The translations under genes were made by a program, and so were the position numbers. Shown piece after piece: positions 22,100 through 33,600 of a stretch of DNA of 45,158 bases. This stretch comes from Octopus bimaculoides (lineage: Eukaryota), in the NCBI RefSeq assembly GCF_001194135.2, contig NC_068983.1, positions 106,494,812 through 106,539,969 on the forward strand. The letters are read 5' to 3'. How positions within the stretch are numbered: the first letter of the stretch is position 1; each line of letters begins with the position of its first letter. The notes under the pieces were generated by a model. That model did no database searches, was not told the DNA's origin, and was given only the letters and a program-made list of their open reading frames with translations.

Positions 22100-22990
22100 C
22101 CATCTTGACCAGAATTACTTGACTAAATTGTCTTTCTATAGTTGCAGGGGCCTTCAAAGTAGCCTTTTCCAATGTCTTGAATACCCCTCAGTGACAGCAT
22201 GTTGCTTGTGAGTCTTGCGACATGTCTGGCCCAGTGGAAGTTGTGTGATCATATTGTTTACTCTGCTTTGTTCTTGAATTATCTAATTTCAAATAAGCTC
22301 TTGTTATAATTTCCTAGCATAGACCTTTCCATGGTACTTTGTGTCATAGTCAATCGATGTTCTGTCCTCTTTGTAGTAACTCATGTGCTACTGAAGAGTC
22401 TGGCTTGTATGTGTAATTGCCTATCTTTGTTTTGAGCACATCCTTTATGGAAGTAAATGCTTTCCATCCTACCCTTATTCTCATTTCAGCATCCATATCT
22501 TGGTGTATATTCACTGTGGACCCTAAGTAGACATACTCCTTTGCCTCCTCAAAGTCATCACTTTCCACCTCTAATTGGCCTTGTGCTATGTCTTCCAACA
22601 GTATATATTTTGTTTCCATGCAGTTCAATTTAAGGCCTTCTGCTAAGCTATGAGTGTCCAGCTCTGTCAACATGGTATGCAGCTGGTCTATGGTTTCAGT
22701 GATGAGTACAATGTCATCTGCAAATCAGGGGTGTGTTAGTTGCTTACCATTGATGTTCATGCCATCTGTCCAGTCAATTTAAAAGCTGTTCACCATATCT
22801 TATTTAAAGCTAGCTTTAGGAGTAAGCAGTCGAACCTCAGAAAAAATTACTTGGGGAAAACATTCTTTCAGCTTCTTAACCTCTTTAATGTTAGCCTGCA
22901 CAGACTAGCACTGTTAAAGTTTTATAGTTAAATCAAAATCTCTATGGAAGTCTGTTCATGTCTGTCATAAGCCTAAAGACTCATAAGGAT
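22100..22990 (-). mobile_element. RTE-clade LINE RT fragment (pseudogenised)
   Basis: Minus-strand peptides INGKQLTH..FADDIVLITETIDQLHTMLTELD..EGLKLN..TKY..KEYVYLGS..RVGWKAF and HWARHVAR are RT domains 5-7 and the C-terminus of the RTE type. Confidence 0.88.
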
Positions 22991-22999
22991 TTAGCTTAA

Positions 23000-24095
23000 C
23001 CCTTTCGTTACTATATTTCTGACCAAAATACACCCCTCATGAGTTTCAATTAAATTCTGAAATAATCATGAATTTAGACTAGTCTCATTAAACACCTGTA
23101 ACTTTTTTATTTATCAACATATTAATGTGATATTTGGAACATAATTAAAGAAAGGGTTCTTAATCAATTCTATTGCATAATTTTTGTCTCAAAGTTCTCC
23201 ACGTACTGGGGGGGGGGGATACTGCAAGTGTCTCTCACATGTAAATATTGGTTCAGCTTCACAAATCGTACTCGTTCATAATACTGGAAATATATTAATC
23301 ACCAAAAGGTTCCTGATCGCTCCAGTAGTATGTTATTCTGGGTAACTGTCCAATACCCATAATAATATTTATGGCAAAAAATGCCCGTATTTCATCTACA
23401 GTTACAGGAAACCGCAAGCTATCTTTTTTTTTTCCGGTTTGTTTACATTCTGCGTAACGNNNNNNNNNNNNNNNNNNNNNNNNNNNNNNNNNNNNNNNNN
23501 NNNNNNNNNNNNNNNNNNNNNNNNNNNNNNNNNNNNNNNNNNNNNNNNNNNNNNNNNNNNNNNNNNNNNNNNNNNNNNNNNNNNNNNNNNNNNNNNNNNN
23601 NNNNNNNNNNNNNNNNNNNNNNNNNNNNNNNNNNNNNNNNNNNNNNNNNNNNNNNNNNNNNNNNNNNNNNNNNNNNNNNNNNNNNNNNNNNNNNNNNNNN
23701 NNNNNNNNNNNNNNNNNNNNNNNNNNNNNNNNNNNNNNNNNNNNNNNNNNNNNNNNNNNNNNNNNNNNNNNNNNNNNNNNNNNNNNNNNNNNNNNNNNNN
23801 NNNNNNNNNNNNNNNNNNNNNNNNNNNNNNNNNNNNNNNNNNNNNGAAAAAAATCAACGCCGCAAAAAATGTGGAAAAAAATCTTCCAAAATTCACTGAG
23901 TTCAAATATCACGCCAAACAATCTCGGAGACAATAACTCAACTGTTTGCAAAGTGAAATCAGGTGTTTTAACGAATGTACTAACGAGATTTGGGTTCAAA
24001 TATACATTTAAATAACAATGGGTACGCTCGGCCGGCTTAGTCTTATGAACCAAAAATTTTTTCGGCCGGCTACGTCCGGGTTAGTAACGAAAGGG
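23000..24095 (-). mobile_element. piggyBac deletion derivative with a transposase fragment
   Basis: Perfect 14-bp TIR CCCTTTCGTTACTA / TAGTAACGAAAGGG, with TTAA TSDs at 22996-22999 and 24096-24099. The internal peptide VTVDEIRAFFAINIIMGIGQLPRITYYWS matches the piggyBac N-terminal motif. N gap at 23460-23845. Confidence 0.93.
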
Positions 24096-24114
24096 TTAAC
24101 CCAGTTTGCATACC

Positions 24115-24343
24115 ATATAAGTGATTGAAATCAGAACACTCCCTTACTGAATGACAACACCGGCCTGTTGCAGGGTCAAGTCCCCAGCTATTGCTAGAAC
24201 TCATTTTCAGTTGAGTAGACTTGGGCAATATGAAACGAAGTGTTTTACTCAAGAACACAATGTATCACCTAGTCCAGGGATTGAAACTGTGATCTTATGA
24301 TTGTGAGTGCAGCACCCTAATCACTTAATCACATGCCTTCTCA
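24115..24343 (-). mobile_element. Family E tRNA-headed SINE
   Basis: The reverse complement begins GAGAAGGCATGTGATTAAGTGATTAGGGTG...GTTTCAATCCC...TTCTTGAGTAAAACAC. Related copies at 39330-39510 (-) and 39805-40130 (+). Confidence 0.7.
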
Positions 24344-24577
24344 TGGAAATTTGTTGACAATATAAATAGTAATTTGGTACAAATCCAGAAATTTCTGCTT
24401 CCTAAATGGTGCTTTATTTTGTCAACCTAGGAATGGTTAAATGCAAAGTTGATTCTATCAGGATTTAAGCTCAGATTATAAAGAGCTGCAATAAATACTG
24501 CCAGGCATTTTGTTTGATTTGCGATACAAAAAGATGGTTTTGTTGCTGTGATATTATTTAGCCCTAAGTAAAGGACA

Positions 24578-24790
24578 GTGAGCTGGCAGAACCATTAGCA
24601 TGCCAGACAAAATACTTAGCAGCATTTCATCTATCTTTAGGTTCTGAGTTAAAATTCTGCCAAGGTCGACTTTGCCTTTCATCTTCTCATGTTTGATAAA
24701 ATAAGTACCAATCAAATACTAGGATCAATGTAATTGGCTTCTGCCTCCCCTCAAAAACTGTTGTCTCTGTGCCAAAATTTAAAACCATCA
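24578..24790 (+). mobile_element. Family C SINE
   Basis: GAGCTGGCAGAACCATTAGC...GGTCGACTTTGCCTTTCATC...GATAAAATAAGTACC. Confidence 0.85.
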
Positions 24791-25004
24791 TTTAGCCCCA
24801 AGTTAGTCCTGACCAGAAAAACCTATGATGAAAGGTGTATACAACCATGTCCATCCTGTCTATTCTATTTGTATATCAATGTCTAATATGTCCATTTCTT
24901 TTAAAGATGGTGGGATGTGATCTGAAGGATAACTGGCTTCTTTGACTGTGGTTCAGATAATAACACAAGTTGGTCAACAACAACCAGCATAATATATACT
25001 AATT

Positions 25005-25385
25005 TTTTATCTTTTACTTGTTTCAGACAGTAGACCAGTCATACTGGGGCACCACCTAGAAGAATTTTAGTTGAATGAATCAACCCCAGTGCATATTGTT
25101 TTTTTAAGCCTGGCATTTATTCTAAGTCACAGGGATGTAAACATACCAACACCGGTTGTCAATCTGTAGTGGCAGACAAACACAAACACAAAGACACACA
25201 CACACACACATGCATGCACACACACACGATGGGCTTCTTTCAGTTTTCACCTACCATATCAACTCACAAGGCTTTGGTCGATGCTGGACTGTAGTAAAAG
25301 ACACTTGCCTAAGGTGCCATGTAACAGGACTGAACCCAGTACCATGTGGTTGGAAAGCAAACTTCTTATCACACAATCACAATTG
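25005..25385 (-). mobile_element. Family A SINE, near full length
   Basis: Collinear with 36457-36837, including the internal (CA)n. Confidence 0.85.
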
Positions 25386-26929
25386 AAATTTTACTTAATC
25401 CTTCCTCCAAAGTCTTTGTTATATATGTTCCAACTTAACTGAAACACATATAACCAGTTCAAAGATTTAATATTTCAGAAATTGGAGATAACTACGAATT
25501 ATTTGGAACTGTGATGTTCATAAAAAGAGTCAAATTTTTTTTTAGTTCATTTTATTAACAAAAGAAATCCATGAAACTTGCAATATTGCTATAAATGGTT
25601 GCAAGGTTGAGATACTGGAATACTTTAATGTAAGAAATAAGAAACAGCAACTCATTATAAGTATAAATGATTTTGATAAAGATTTTTTGTTACCTCTGTG
25701 AACAACACATTTTTGTTCGATTTTTAAAAATACCTTTATGTATTTAAAAAAAAACTATCTTTATGTATTTAATAGAAACATATAAACTGGTCTGATCTAA
25801 AATCACTATGGCAAATGAATGAAACATTTTCTAAGTATCAACAATTTGAAGATATTTTCTGTGTTTAAATATGAAATTGTATGTGTTGCTATGTATGTCT
25901 CTATCTCTCTGGACATAAACAGTTATTTGTAGAACATGGTACTAGCAAGACCTGTCTTCTGAATAGTGAAATGAAAAGATATGAAAAGCAGCACAGTTCA
26001 TGAGAGGTAGGAGAATGATATTAAAAATATTGTGTTGCTAAAGGCTATATATTTTCCAATTTAGTAGCAGTAAATTTGCTACTGTACATTTTTTTAAAAA
26101 ACTCATCAGAATATTAATCATATCAGCACGATGCAAGATCATGAAAAACATCCAAAAGAAATCTGAAATACAGTGGACAAAACAAGTCAGCAATAGAGCA
26201 GTATAAGAACCCAAAAGGGCTCTTGGCCAATAGCAGAGTATTTTAGCTAGTTTTTAACTAAACCTGAATACAGACCCTTTTATGGAGATGAAAAAATACA
26301 CAAAGTTCTCCATCTTATGGATGTATACCAGTTTCTGAAATGAATTTTTTTGTTTTGTACTAATCTAATTTTAAATATAATCTAGATGGTTAGAATAACT
26401 TTGCTATTTCTCCTATCATAAAATGTCTTGCATAAACCTAATGTATAGTTTCTCAATGACCATTATTTATTTTGAATTATCCTCATAATTTTGGAATTGT
26501 TGGACATTTTGGTAGTTCATATTTGTATTTGCCTAGATGAAAATATGATATATTCCTCTTCATTTGTAATATGCTATAACTGTCAGTGATAAATCCTTGT
26601 GGCTCTCATTTCATAATGCCATATTACATCATAATACTGAATTTTATCATCTAAAATATAAGATAAATATATATTCTAGAGTATTAATAACAGCTGAATT
26701 AAAGTCATTTATCCTTGTAATGTTGTAAACTTGTCTGGCAAAACTTTCTTAATATTGAAGAGATTTAGATTATAATGAATTGATTTTTAACTATTTTACA
26801 ATGGAAATATTTCTGTAACCCTTATTCAGGTATGGGTTGCCAGTAGCATCACTGTTGTTGTGGAGCATCTGAGTGTGGGGGAGCCCAACTATGTATAGCA
26901 AGGGAAGTAAAATGATTAATTGTATGTAT

Positions 26930-27180
26930 AATGTATGATAAGTTTTGTGTATAATCTATGATTAGTAGTATACACAGTGTGTAAATACTAGTGCATACAG
27001 TCTATGATGAATTGTGTACATAGTTTATTTGTTGTATATATAATCAATTATTAGTTGGGTGTACTATGTATAATTAGTTGTGTATATAGTCTATAATTAA
27101 TTATGTATACTGAGTAGTTTTGTATGATTAGTGCATGATTAGTTGTGTATGCAGTCTGATATTAGTTGTGTTTATAGACA
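26930..27180. repeat. Degenerate minisatellite, roughly 24-bp units (TATAGTCTATGATTAGTTGTG-like)
   Basis: Repeated ATTAGTTGTGTAT / AGTCTAT motifs. The unit length is approximate. Confidence 0.55.
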
Positions 27181-27189
27181 GGTTTAAAG

Positions 27190-28560
27190 AAAATAACCAA
27201 GAGGTCTCAGAAAACACCCAGCTCAGATTTTAAGTGATTCAGACTGTGTGGTAAATTAACCTTGCAAGAACTCAGTTTTGTTCAGATGCTGGGGACTATT
27301 GAAGATTTTATGAGGTTCTGAAGGCAGTGTTTGATCTTTTGCATTAAGTCCAAACAAGATTGCACTTTGTGGATGGATAAGAGTTCTTCACAGAATGGGT
27401 GACAATCCTGAACTGATGATTTGAATATTTCCAAACTTTCTGTAGCACCGTCAACATGTTTCATGACTCAGTAATTCATCTTGTGGCGTTCTGAGAAAAC
27501 AAAACAGAATAGGTTTCTAACCTTAGAAAAAACTATGTAGGCCCTTAGAACAGCTAAAAAGGGGAAAGCAGTAGGAATTGATAGACTCCCATCAGAGATC
27601 TGGAAGATTGGAGGTCCAGCATTGCATACCAAACTCCATGAGTTCTTTGTCTGCTGGTAGGAAAAGGGAACCTACTACAGGGCTCCATGAGGCAGACATC
27701 ATCACTCTGTACTAGAACAAGGTGGGGACAAAAACTGGCAGTTAGAACTCATGGTAGACAACTCTGCTCTCCATTGTCAGAATCCATGCAAGAGAACTGA
27801 ACAGACTACTCATGCTATCACAGGTCATTGTTGAAGGAAAGCTCCTTGGGAGTCAATGTAGATTCAGAGCTAACAGGAGTATGGTTGATATGGTACTTCT
27901 TATTTTTAGGTGTGTGTATAATTTATGATAAATATTTGTCAAAGACTATTTACAGGCAACTGCAAAAGAAATGTAAAGAGAGCAAAACAAGAAACTATAT
28001 ACAATGCTTATTAACTTCACCAAAATGCTTGAAAGTATGAGCAAGAAAAGTCTGTAGGTTTGTAGTAGATATAAAATGACTGGGATGTTTTCCCATGTTA
28101 AATTTCTCAGCAAGACCATTTCAGACACAACAACAAATTCTCAGAGCCTAATTCTAAATATCTATTGGAGTGACTTTATTATCAACATCAAAGTTCTCAA
28201 ACATGTTGCATGTTATCAACATTGAGGCCATGTGGTGCTGGTCAGGATAGATTATCAGGATGGAGAGTTATTTCCATCCCACCCCCATAATTGTTCTGTA
28301 TTGTGAACTTATTTGGCCACTATGACATAAAAGTACTAAAGAAGTGGTATAAGGACCCTCTGAAGGAATCTAATGCTGTCTAATCCTTGTTTGTGAGACC
28401 TGACTCCATGCCATTCACCAGTCTATTTCTTTGTTTGAGGATAAATGCAAGATTAGTCTCATCTTCAGCTTGTATTTCATGAGAAAAATTGGCATCAATT
28501 GGTGTTGATGGCCTCCGTACAATATGTTACACATTGCTAAATGTGCTGCATGCACATAAT
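27190..28560 (+). mobile_element. RTE (BovB-like) LINE, central RT-upstream and RT fragment
   Basis: Frameshifted peptides DFYEVLKAVF, KAVGIDRLPSEIWK, EADIITLY.NKVG..TTLLSIV and RQLQKKCK..QNKKLYTMLINFTKML match the RTE consensus KAAG.DGIP.EIWK..DA.IVTLYKNKG..ISLLSI..RQLQEKC.EQN..LY..FIDLTKAF. Confidence 0.8.
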
Positions 28561-28568
28561 ACAGTTGA

Positions 28569-28694
28569 TATTAGGTTGAGGAAAAAGTTTGTGCACCATG
28601 TTTTGAAGAATAGTTATTGTTTTTGAATAAATTCTTACATAAAAAGATCATTATTTTAACACAGCACATGAACTTTTTTCTCAACCTGGTAATA
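28569..28694. mobile_element. Short mariner-type MITE
   Basis: TA|TTAGGTTGAGGAAAAAGTT...AACTTTTTTCTCAACCTGGTAA|TA: mariner-like TIRs with flanking TA. Confidence 0.75.
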
Positions 28695-28699
28695 TTCAG

Positions 28700-29140
28700 T
28701 GAGACTTCCAAATTACATCATCACACCTGCACTATTAGCAATACAAGCCACTACCTGTTTTTACCAAGGAAAAAATTCATTTCCTTCAAATTTTCAACAG
28801 CAATTTCAGAAAGAAGGGCTCCAGAGAGTTTTACCATTCTTAAAGTCCAGGATATTCCATCACTTTTATGTGCATTGATATTTGAATACTGATGATTATT
28901 TTATTGTTTAGCAAGGTGTATTCATCTAAGGTTAAACTAAAACTTCATCCTGTATTTAGTTGACTGGTAATTTCAAAGCATACATGTTATTTCATTGTAT
29001 TGCAAATGAACAAGCTCCATTACATATGGTGGATATTTTTTGTAAAGTATACCCTTTATCTCTCAAAGACTTTCTGATAAATTTGCTTTTTGTTAAGGGA
29101 TTAACAGAGATACCAGCCAGCATGACAAGTTTTATTTATT
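28700..29140 (-). mobile_element. hAT transposase remnant
   Basis: Minus-strand peptides LAGISVNPLTKSKFIRKSLRDKGY, SFSLTLDEYT, YSNINAH, MVKLSGALLSE and VVACIANSAGVM correspond to the hAT motifs RFSLTLDE.TS..N.RY.NINVH and IVA.TTDGASVM. Confidence 0.75.
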
Positions 29141-29148
29141 GTTGATAT

Positions 29149-29875
29149 AGGGCTTTCCTATAAGGTGTTATCCACCCCTGATTGGAACTCTCCCGTATGA
29201 CATGTACGCATGCTCAGTGACTTGCTTTAACAGTTGCAATCAGCTGAATGCACATTGCCAGTGACATTTGACATAATTACCCACACTCTGTGGTCAGGAT
29301 TCTTTTTTTGGTTTGATGTCTGTATCGAAGGGATTACCAGACACCGGACTCTACAGTGAGAGCAGCTTTCACTCATATCGTGGTATTCGATGATGTGTAC
29401 GTGTCTGTCGTGGTAAAATATGCCACTCCTTAACTGTTGCTTTGCTTTCATCCGTAGCACGAGGTAATTATGTCATTATCTGTGAAATTCGGCAACTTAC
29501 AAAGATCTTTAGATCAGGCAATACTTCACCGAGAGGAGATATAAGCTTCTGCTTATTCCTGTCTGAAGTATCGTCCGATACTTCAGACTTATCGTCCGAT
29601 GAATTTACTTTGTTGACATTCTTCATCAACAGAATTTTTATTCCTTTCAACCTTTCAGTCAAGTCCGCCTTTCTTCCAGTAACATACTGTCCATATCATC
29701 TTAAATATTTCTTTAACTCAGGCACAGTAAGTACTTTGATAGCTGAATCATCAAGCTGCTTTATATCCATAAGACATAAAACAATAACAATGGCGTGGGT
29801 TAGCCTCCGGAAGTTTAATTATCTACATGGAGCGCCGCCTAGCCAAGGGAGATAACCTACTTATAGGAAAGCCCT
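29149..29875 (-). mobile_element. 727-bp TIR element (ISL2EU-like non-autonomous) encoding SAP-domain and SWIM-finger remnants
   Basis: TIR AGGGCTTTCCTATAAG / CTTATAGGAAAGCCCT with AT on both sides. The broken ORF 29770-29227 reads MDIKQLDDSAIKVLTVPELKKYLR*YGQYVTGRKADLTERLKG (SAP-like), then KLPNFTDNDI..YLV and HRVWVIMSNVTGNVHSADCNC (SWIM-like). The TIR element is certain; the superfamily call is inference. Confidence 0.7.
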
Positions 29876-30998
29876 ATCAGCGGGGTAGCTATCATCATTG
29901 GTTTAATATTCAATTTTTTTCTCTCTATTCAATATTATAGACAAACTATAAGTTGACAGAAATATCACATATAGATAAAATTATTTTATTTTAGAGCTGA
30001 ATTTATTATGAGAATTGAGAAGTTATTCTAATAAATATTACATAATGATTTGTCTTCTTTTCTTTTTCTCTATTACACATTCTTCGTTCTCTTCTTGTTT
30101 CTATTTTGGGGATTATTAAAACTGTGGGTGGAACATTATTATTAGTAAATTTGAATATCATTTTATAAACTGACATACTACCGTTTAAACATAATGCATT
30201 CAGTTTAAAAGTCATGCAAAAACGAAAAATAAATTTCGAGCTGTCACTCAAACAATTTAAGAAGAAATCTAATTCAAGGAGATAAAGTAACAAACCCTAA
30301 GCTTGTGAGAAAGTCTCTGCTTGATTGCTTGTCCTGCTAAAAGTAGTGCCCAAATCTCTCTCAAATCACATTCTACTTTCTTATATAAGAGCAAGAAACA
30401 TCAGATAATGTAAATGTAGTCTTTCATGACTCTGATAAGATAGAACGATTGTAGGGTATAGTTGGTATACATTTGATCAGAGGTCTTCTCAATGATAATC
30501 AACTTGGAGCTAAACAGCAACAGCATGACCAAAGCTGGTCATGTCCTGCTGGTTCATACTTGAATTTATGTAATAATTGTTGTAGTTTAGCCCTAGTTGT
30601 TTCTGATTGAACTAATCTATGATGAAAAGCTATTCCAGATATTGAGTGCCCATTGATCACAAATTGATGGAGTGGAGAAAAATTGATTTAATTGATCTCA
30701 ATGATTGACCAGTACTTATCTTACTGACTTTGGTGAATTAAAGGCAGAGTCAGCTTCAATGAGATTTGAATTCAGAACATAGAAAGATGCAACTTGATAT
30801 AACATTTATGCCTTCCACCATTCCTCTACTACTAATAATAATGATTTATAGCTTTCTCACAAGGGCACAACTGATCCAAGCTCTTGGCTGGTATCTTATT
30901 TATTTATATATATGTATTCATGTAAAATGCACACTATTAATTATTTGCAAAGAAATACCAGAAAAATACCTTTTGTTTTGCATTATGATATATGATAA

Positions 30999-31215
30999 AA
31001 AGGTGGCAAGCTGGTTGAATTGTTAGCATGCTGGACAAAATGCTTAGCAGTATTTCATCTATCTTTGTATTTTGAGTTCAAATTCTGTCAAGGTCGACTT
31101 TGGTTTTGATCCTTTTGGGGTTAATGAAATAAGTATCAGTTAAGTACTGGGGTCAATGTAATTGATTAATCTCTACCCACCAAATTTCAGGCCTTGTGCC
31201 TTTAGTATAGAGAAA
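30999..31215 (+). mobile_element. Family C SINE
   Basis: Same head and GGTCGACTTTGG..TT.ATCCTTTTGGGG domain. Confidence 0.85.
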
Positions 31216-31724
31216 AAAGGAATTATGATGTATGTAAAAAAGGAATAAATCACATTTATTATACTTTCTATATAAAATACATTATAAAAAAAGTTCATAA
31301 ACCCTAAAAAAAAAGTAATTTTGAAGTGACCCTTGAACTCTACTGCTGTTGGCTATGCTGTAAAAGTGTGCCTACTGCATAAAGTTAACATTGTGGATAT
31401 CAAACAATCATGATTTTTCTAGAAAATTAATTTGATTTTGATAATGATGTGCTTAAATAAATTTACACTTAATTCTACTACTTGTTGACCCAAGAGAACA
31501 AATATTTAAACATGGATGTTTTAAAAGTACCTCAGAATTTTTTTATTATGTATTTATTTAAAAAAATGGTCTTTGGATTTTTATGCTTGGCACATCAGAC
31601 ACTCAGGATCTGGCAATTTTTTTTCTTAACTTTAAAAAAAAAAAAAATTTCACAAGATATATAATTAGATATAACATTAAAATCAGTAAATAAAATAAAA
31701 TAAAATATTTTTATGTAAATTAGA

Positions 31725-31990
31725 GACATGGCTGTATGGTTAAGAAGCTTGCCCTGGAACCACATTGTTTCAGATTCATTCCTATTGCATGACACCTTGA
31801 GCAAGTATTTTCTACTATAGCCTTGTGGGGATAGTCAATTACATTGATCCCTGTGCTTCACTGGTACTTAATTACAGACCCCAAAAGGATAAAAAGCAAA
31901 GTTGACCTTGTTGGCATTTGTACTCAGAACGTAAAGCCAATCTCTTTCACAATTGCCACCAGTCAAAGGAAAATTGCCTTACCAGCCTGG
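31725..31990. mobile_element. Family A head (+) joined to a family C SINE (-)
   Basis: 31725-31825 is an A head; 31830-31990 is the reverse complement of the C domain. Confidence 0.7.
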
Positions 31991-32010
31991 TTAAAGGAGG
32001 TCAGTGGGGC

Positions 32011-32042
<32 letters not shown>

Positions 32043-32070
32043 TAATAATAATAATAATAATAATAATAAT
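32011..32070. repeat. (AAT)n microsatellite
   Basis: Directly visible. Confidence 0.95.
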
Positions 32071-32149
32071 AGTTACAATTGCTTTATTGGCCACAAGGAC
32101 CACAAAAAATATTTTGGACAAAATAAAAACAAAACAAGTGGGTATTTGC

Positions 32150-32430
32150 ATCATCATCATCTTTTAATGTCTGTTTTCCATGCTGGCATGGGCTGGGCAG
32201 TTCGATAGGAGCTGGCCAGCTAAAGAGCTGCTCAGACTCCATGTCTGTTTGGTTTCTATGGCTGGATGTCCTTCCCAATGCCAACACTTTACAGAGTGTA
32301 CTGGGGGCATTTATGCAGCACTGGCATGGGTACTTTTATGAGGTACTGGCATGGGTGCTTTTTACATAGCACCAGCACCCACAAGCCTGAAAGATTCGTG
32401 GGTAGTGGTGTCATGTAAAAGTCACCTGTG
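32150..32430 (-). mobile_element. Family B-type element with about 22-bp tandem units
   Basis: (CAT)n tail and the CTATGGCTGGATGTCCTTCC.AATGCCAAC block, then repeated (GT/GC)ACTGGCATGGGT(A/G)CTTTT(T)AT units. Confidence 0.65.
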
Positions 32431-32559
32431 TTGGTGCATATAATGTGTAAACAATAACAATTAATATTAAAACAAAACTCCTCAATAATGGTGAATACCA
32501 CCCAGAGGTAACCAAAGATCTCCACAGATCCAGGATCACTATGGTTGCCAAAGGAATCA

Positions 32560-33600
32560 CTGGGTAGCACCCCTCTCCTCTTCATTTACTCCATCCAACA
32601 GGTGCCAGCTTAGAGTAGGCACACTCATTCCTGTTATCCTTGCTACATCCACCTACTTTTCAACAAATTTACTGAGGGGTAAATTTCAAAAGGAGCTTAA
32701 AAAAAGTTGGTAAGATCTTGGCTGAAAAGGGAAGTGTCTGTCTCCAATCCTTTCAATCTTATCTACAATACAATCTCTTTTGCCATAACCAGCAGATAGA
32801 GGAAAACTGCTTATCTTTCCTAGCCAGAGGAAGGTGGCAGGATGATCTCAATGGAGTTGGCTGATAGCTGAATCTGTCTGATATGTGATAGCATAATGTT
32901 ACAAGTCTGCAATGCTTGGACACTGTACAAGCACATGCAAAATGGTTTTGTCACTGTGTGTATCTCAAGCAGTCAGCAGAAGGCACTACCACACCTGAGC
33001 TGCTAATGCCCTTCACCAAGTAGTACTGCCAGTCTAGGGATTTCTAGAAATTATCCATAGGCCATGGACCAAAATCCTCTAGAACAAGTTAGTTAGTTCA
33101 TTCTTGTTGACACCCAGAATCTCCCTAAGGATGTTGCTCTTGCCTGCCATTAATTCCCTATGGATCACCATAATATGGCTTCCTCTGACTGCATTGCTCA
33201 ATTTGTAGAAGGCTGTGGTACCAGGTACTCTGCCTCAGTATATGCTTAATCCAGGACTGCATCTCAGTCAAAGATATGAGCTGTGGAAAAATGAGCCTGA
33301 CAATGAGCAACAACAACCTTAGTGCATATCTGTGCATCATTAGCCATGGCATGCCTAGCCCTCCACGTAGTGGATGTTGACAGTAAATAGACTGTCTGAA
33401 CAGAAGAACCCATACCTTCCACAGAAAGTCGAAAAACAAGTTCTCCAGTCTAGTCAGCCATGAAGTAGGGAAAGGCACAACAGTCAAGTGGTAGTAGATA
33501 AGGATTGAAACATAGGTATTCACTACCTCTACCTGACTCTTCAGGGATAGTTTCATTTTGCCCCATTTAAAAGTGAGATTGGCCTCTCTGCTATTTTCTT
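32560..33600 (-). mobile_element. L1-clade (Tx1-like) LINE remnant, post-RT region
   Basis: ORF 33158-33556, KLSLKSQVEVVNTYVSILIYYHLTVVP.P..L.RLENLFFDFLWK...QHPLRGGLGMP, matches the Tx1/L1 motif LSL.GR..V.N....S.L.Y......P........IF.FLW......P...GGLG.P. Confidence 0.75.

Noticed and set aside
10530-23936. Long ORFs of 130-465 aa in the track (10530-11149, 19351-20813, 23381-23936 and others)
   Set aside because: They consist of N-gap X runs and dinucleotide-repeat translations (YI, CV, HT). Only the piggyBac peptide within 23295-24053 is meaningful.
26040-26112. Third hammerhead candidate (minus-strand CTGATGAG ... AGTAGCA/TGCTACT hairpin ... GAAAAT)
   Set aside because: It lacks GAAAC, stem III/NUH and a closing stem I. 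Other CTGATGA hits (about 4575 minus, 9135, 43731, 45137) also lack the second core box.
28750-28890. Apparent host exon YSNINAHKSDGISWTLRMVKLSGALLSEIAVENLKEMNFFLGKN
   Set aside because: It is collinear with upstream FSLTLDEYT and downstream VVACIANSAGVM, so it belongs to the hAT transposase remnant.
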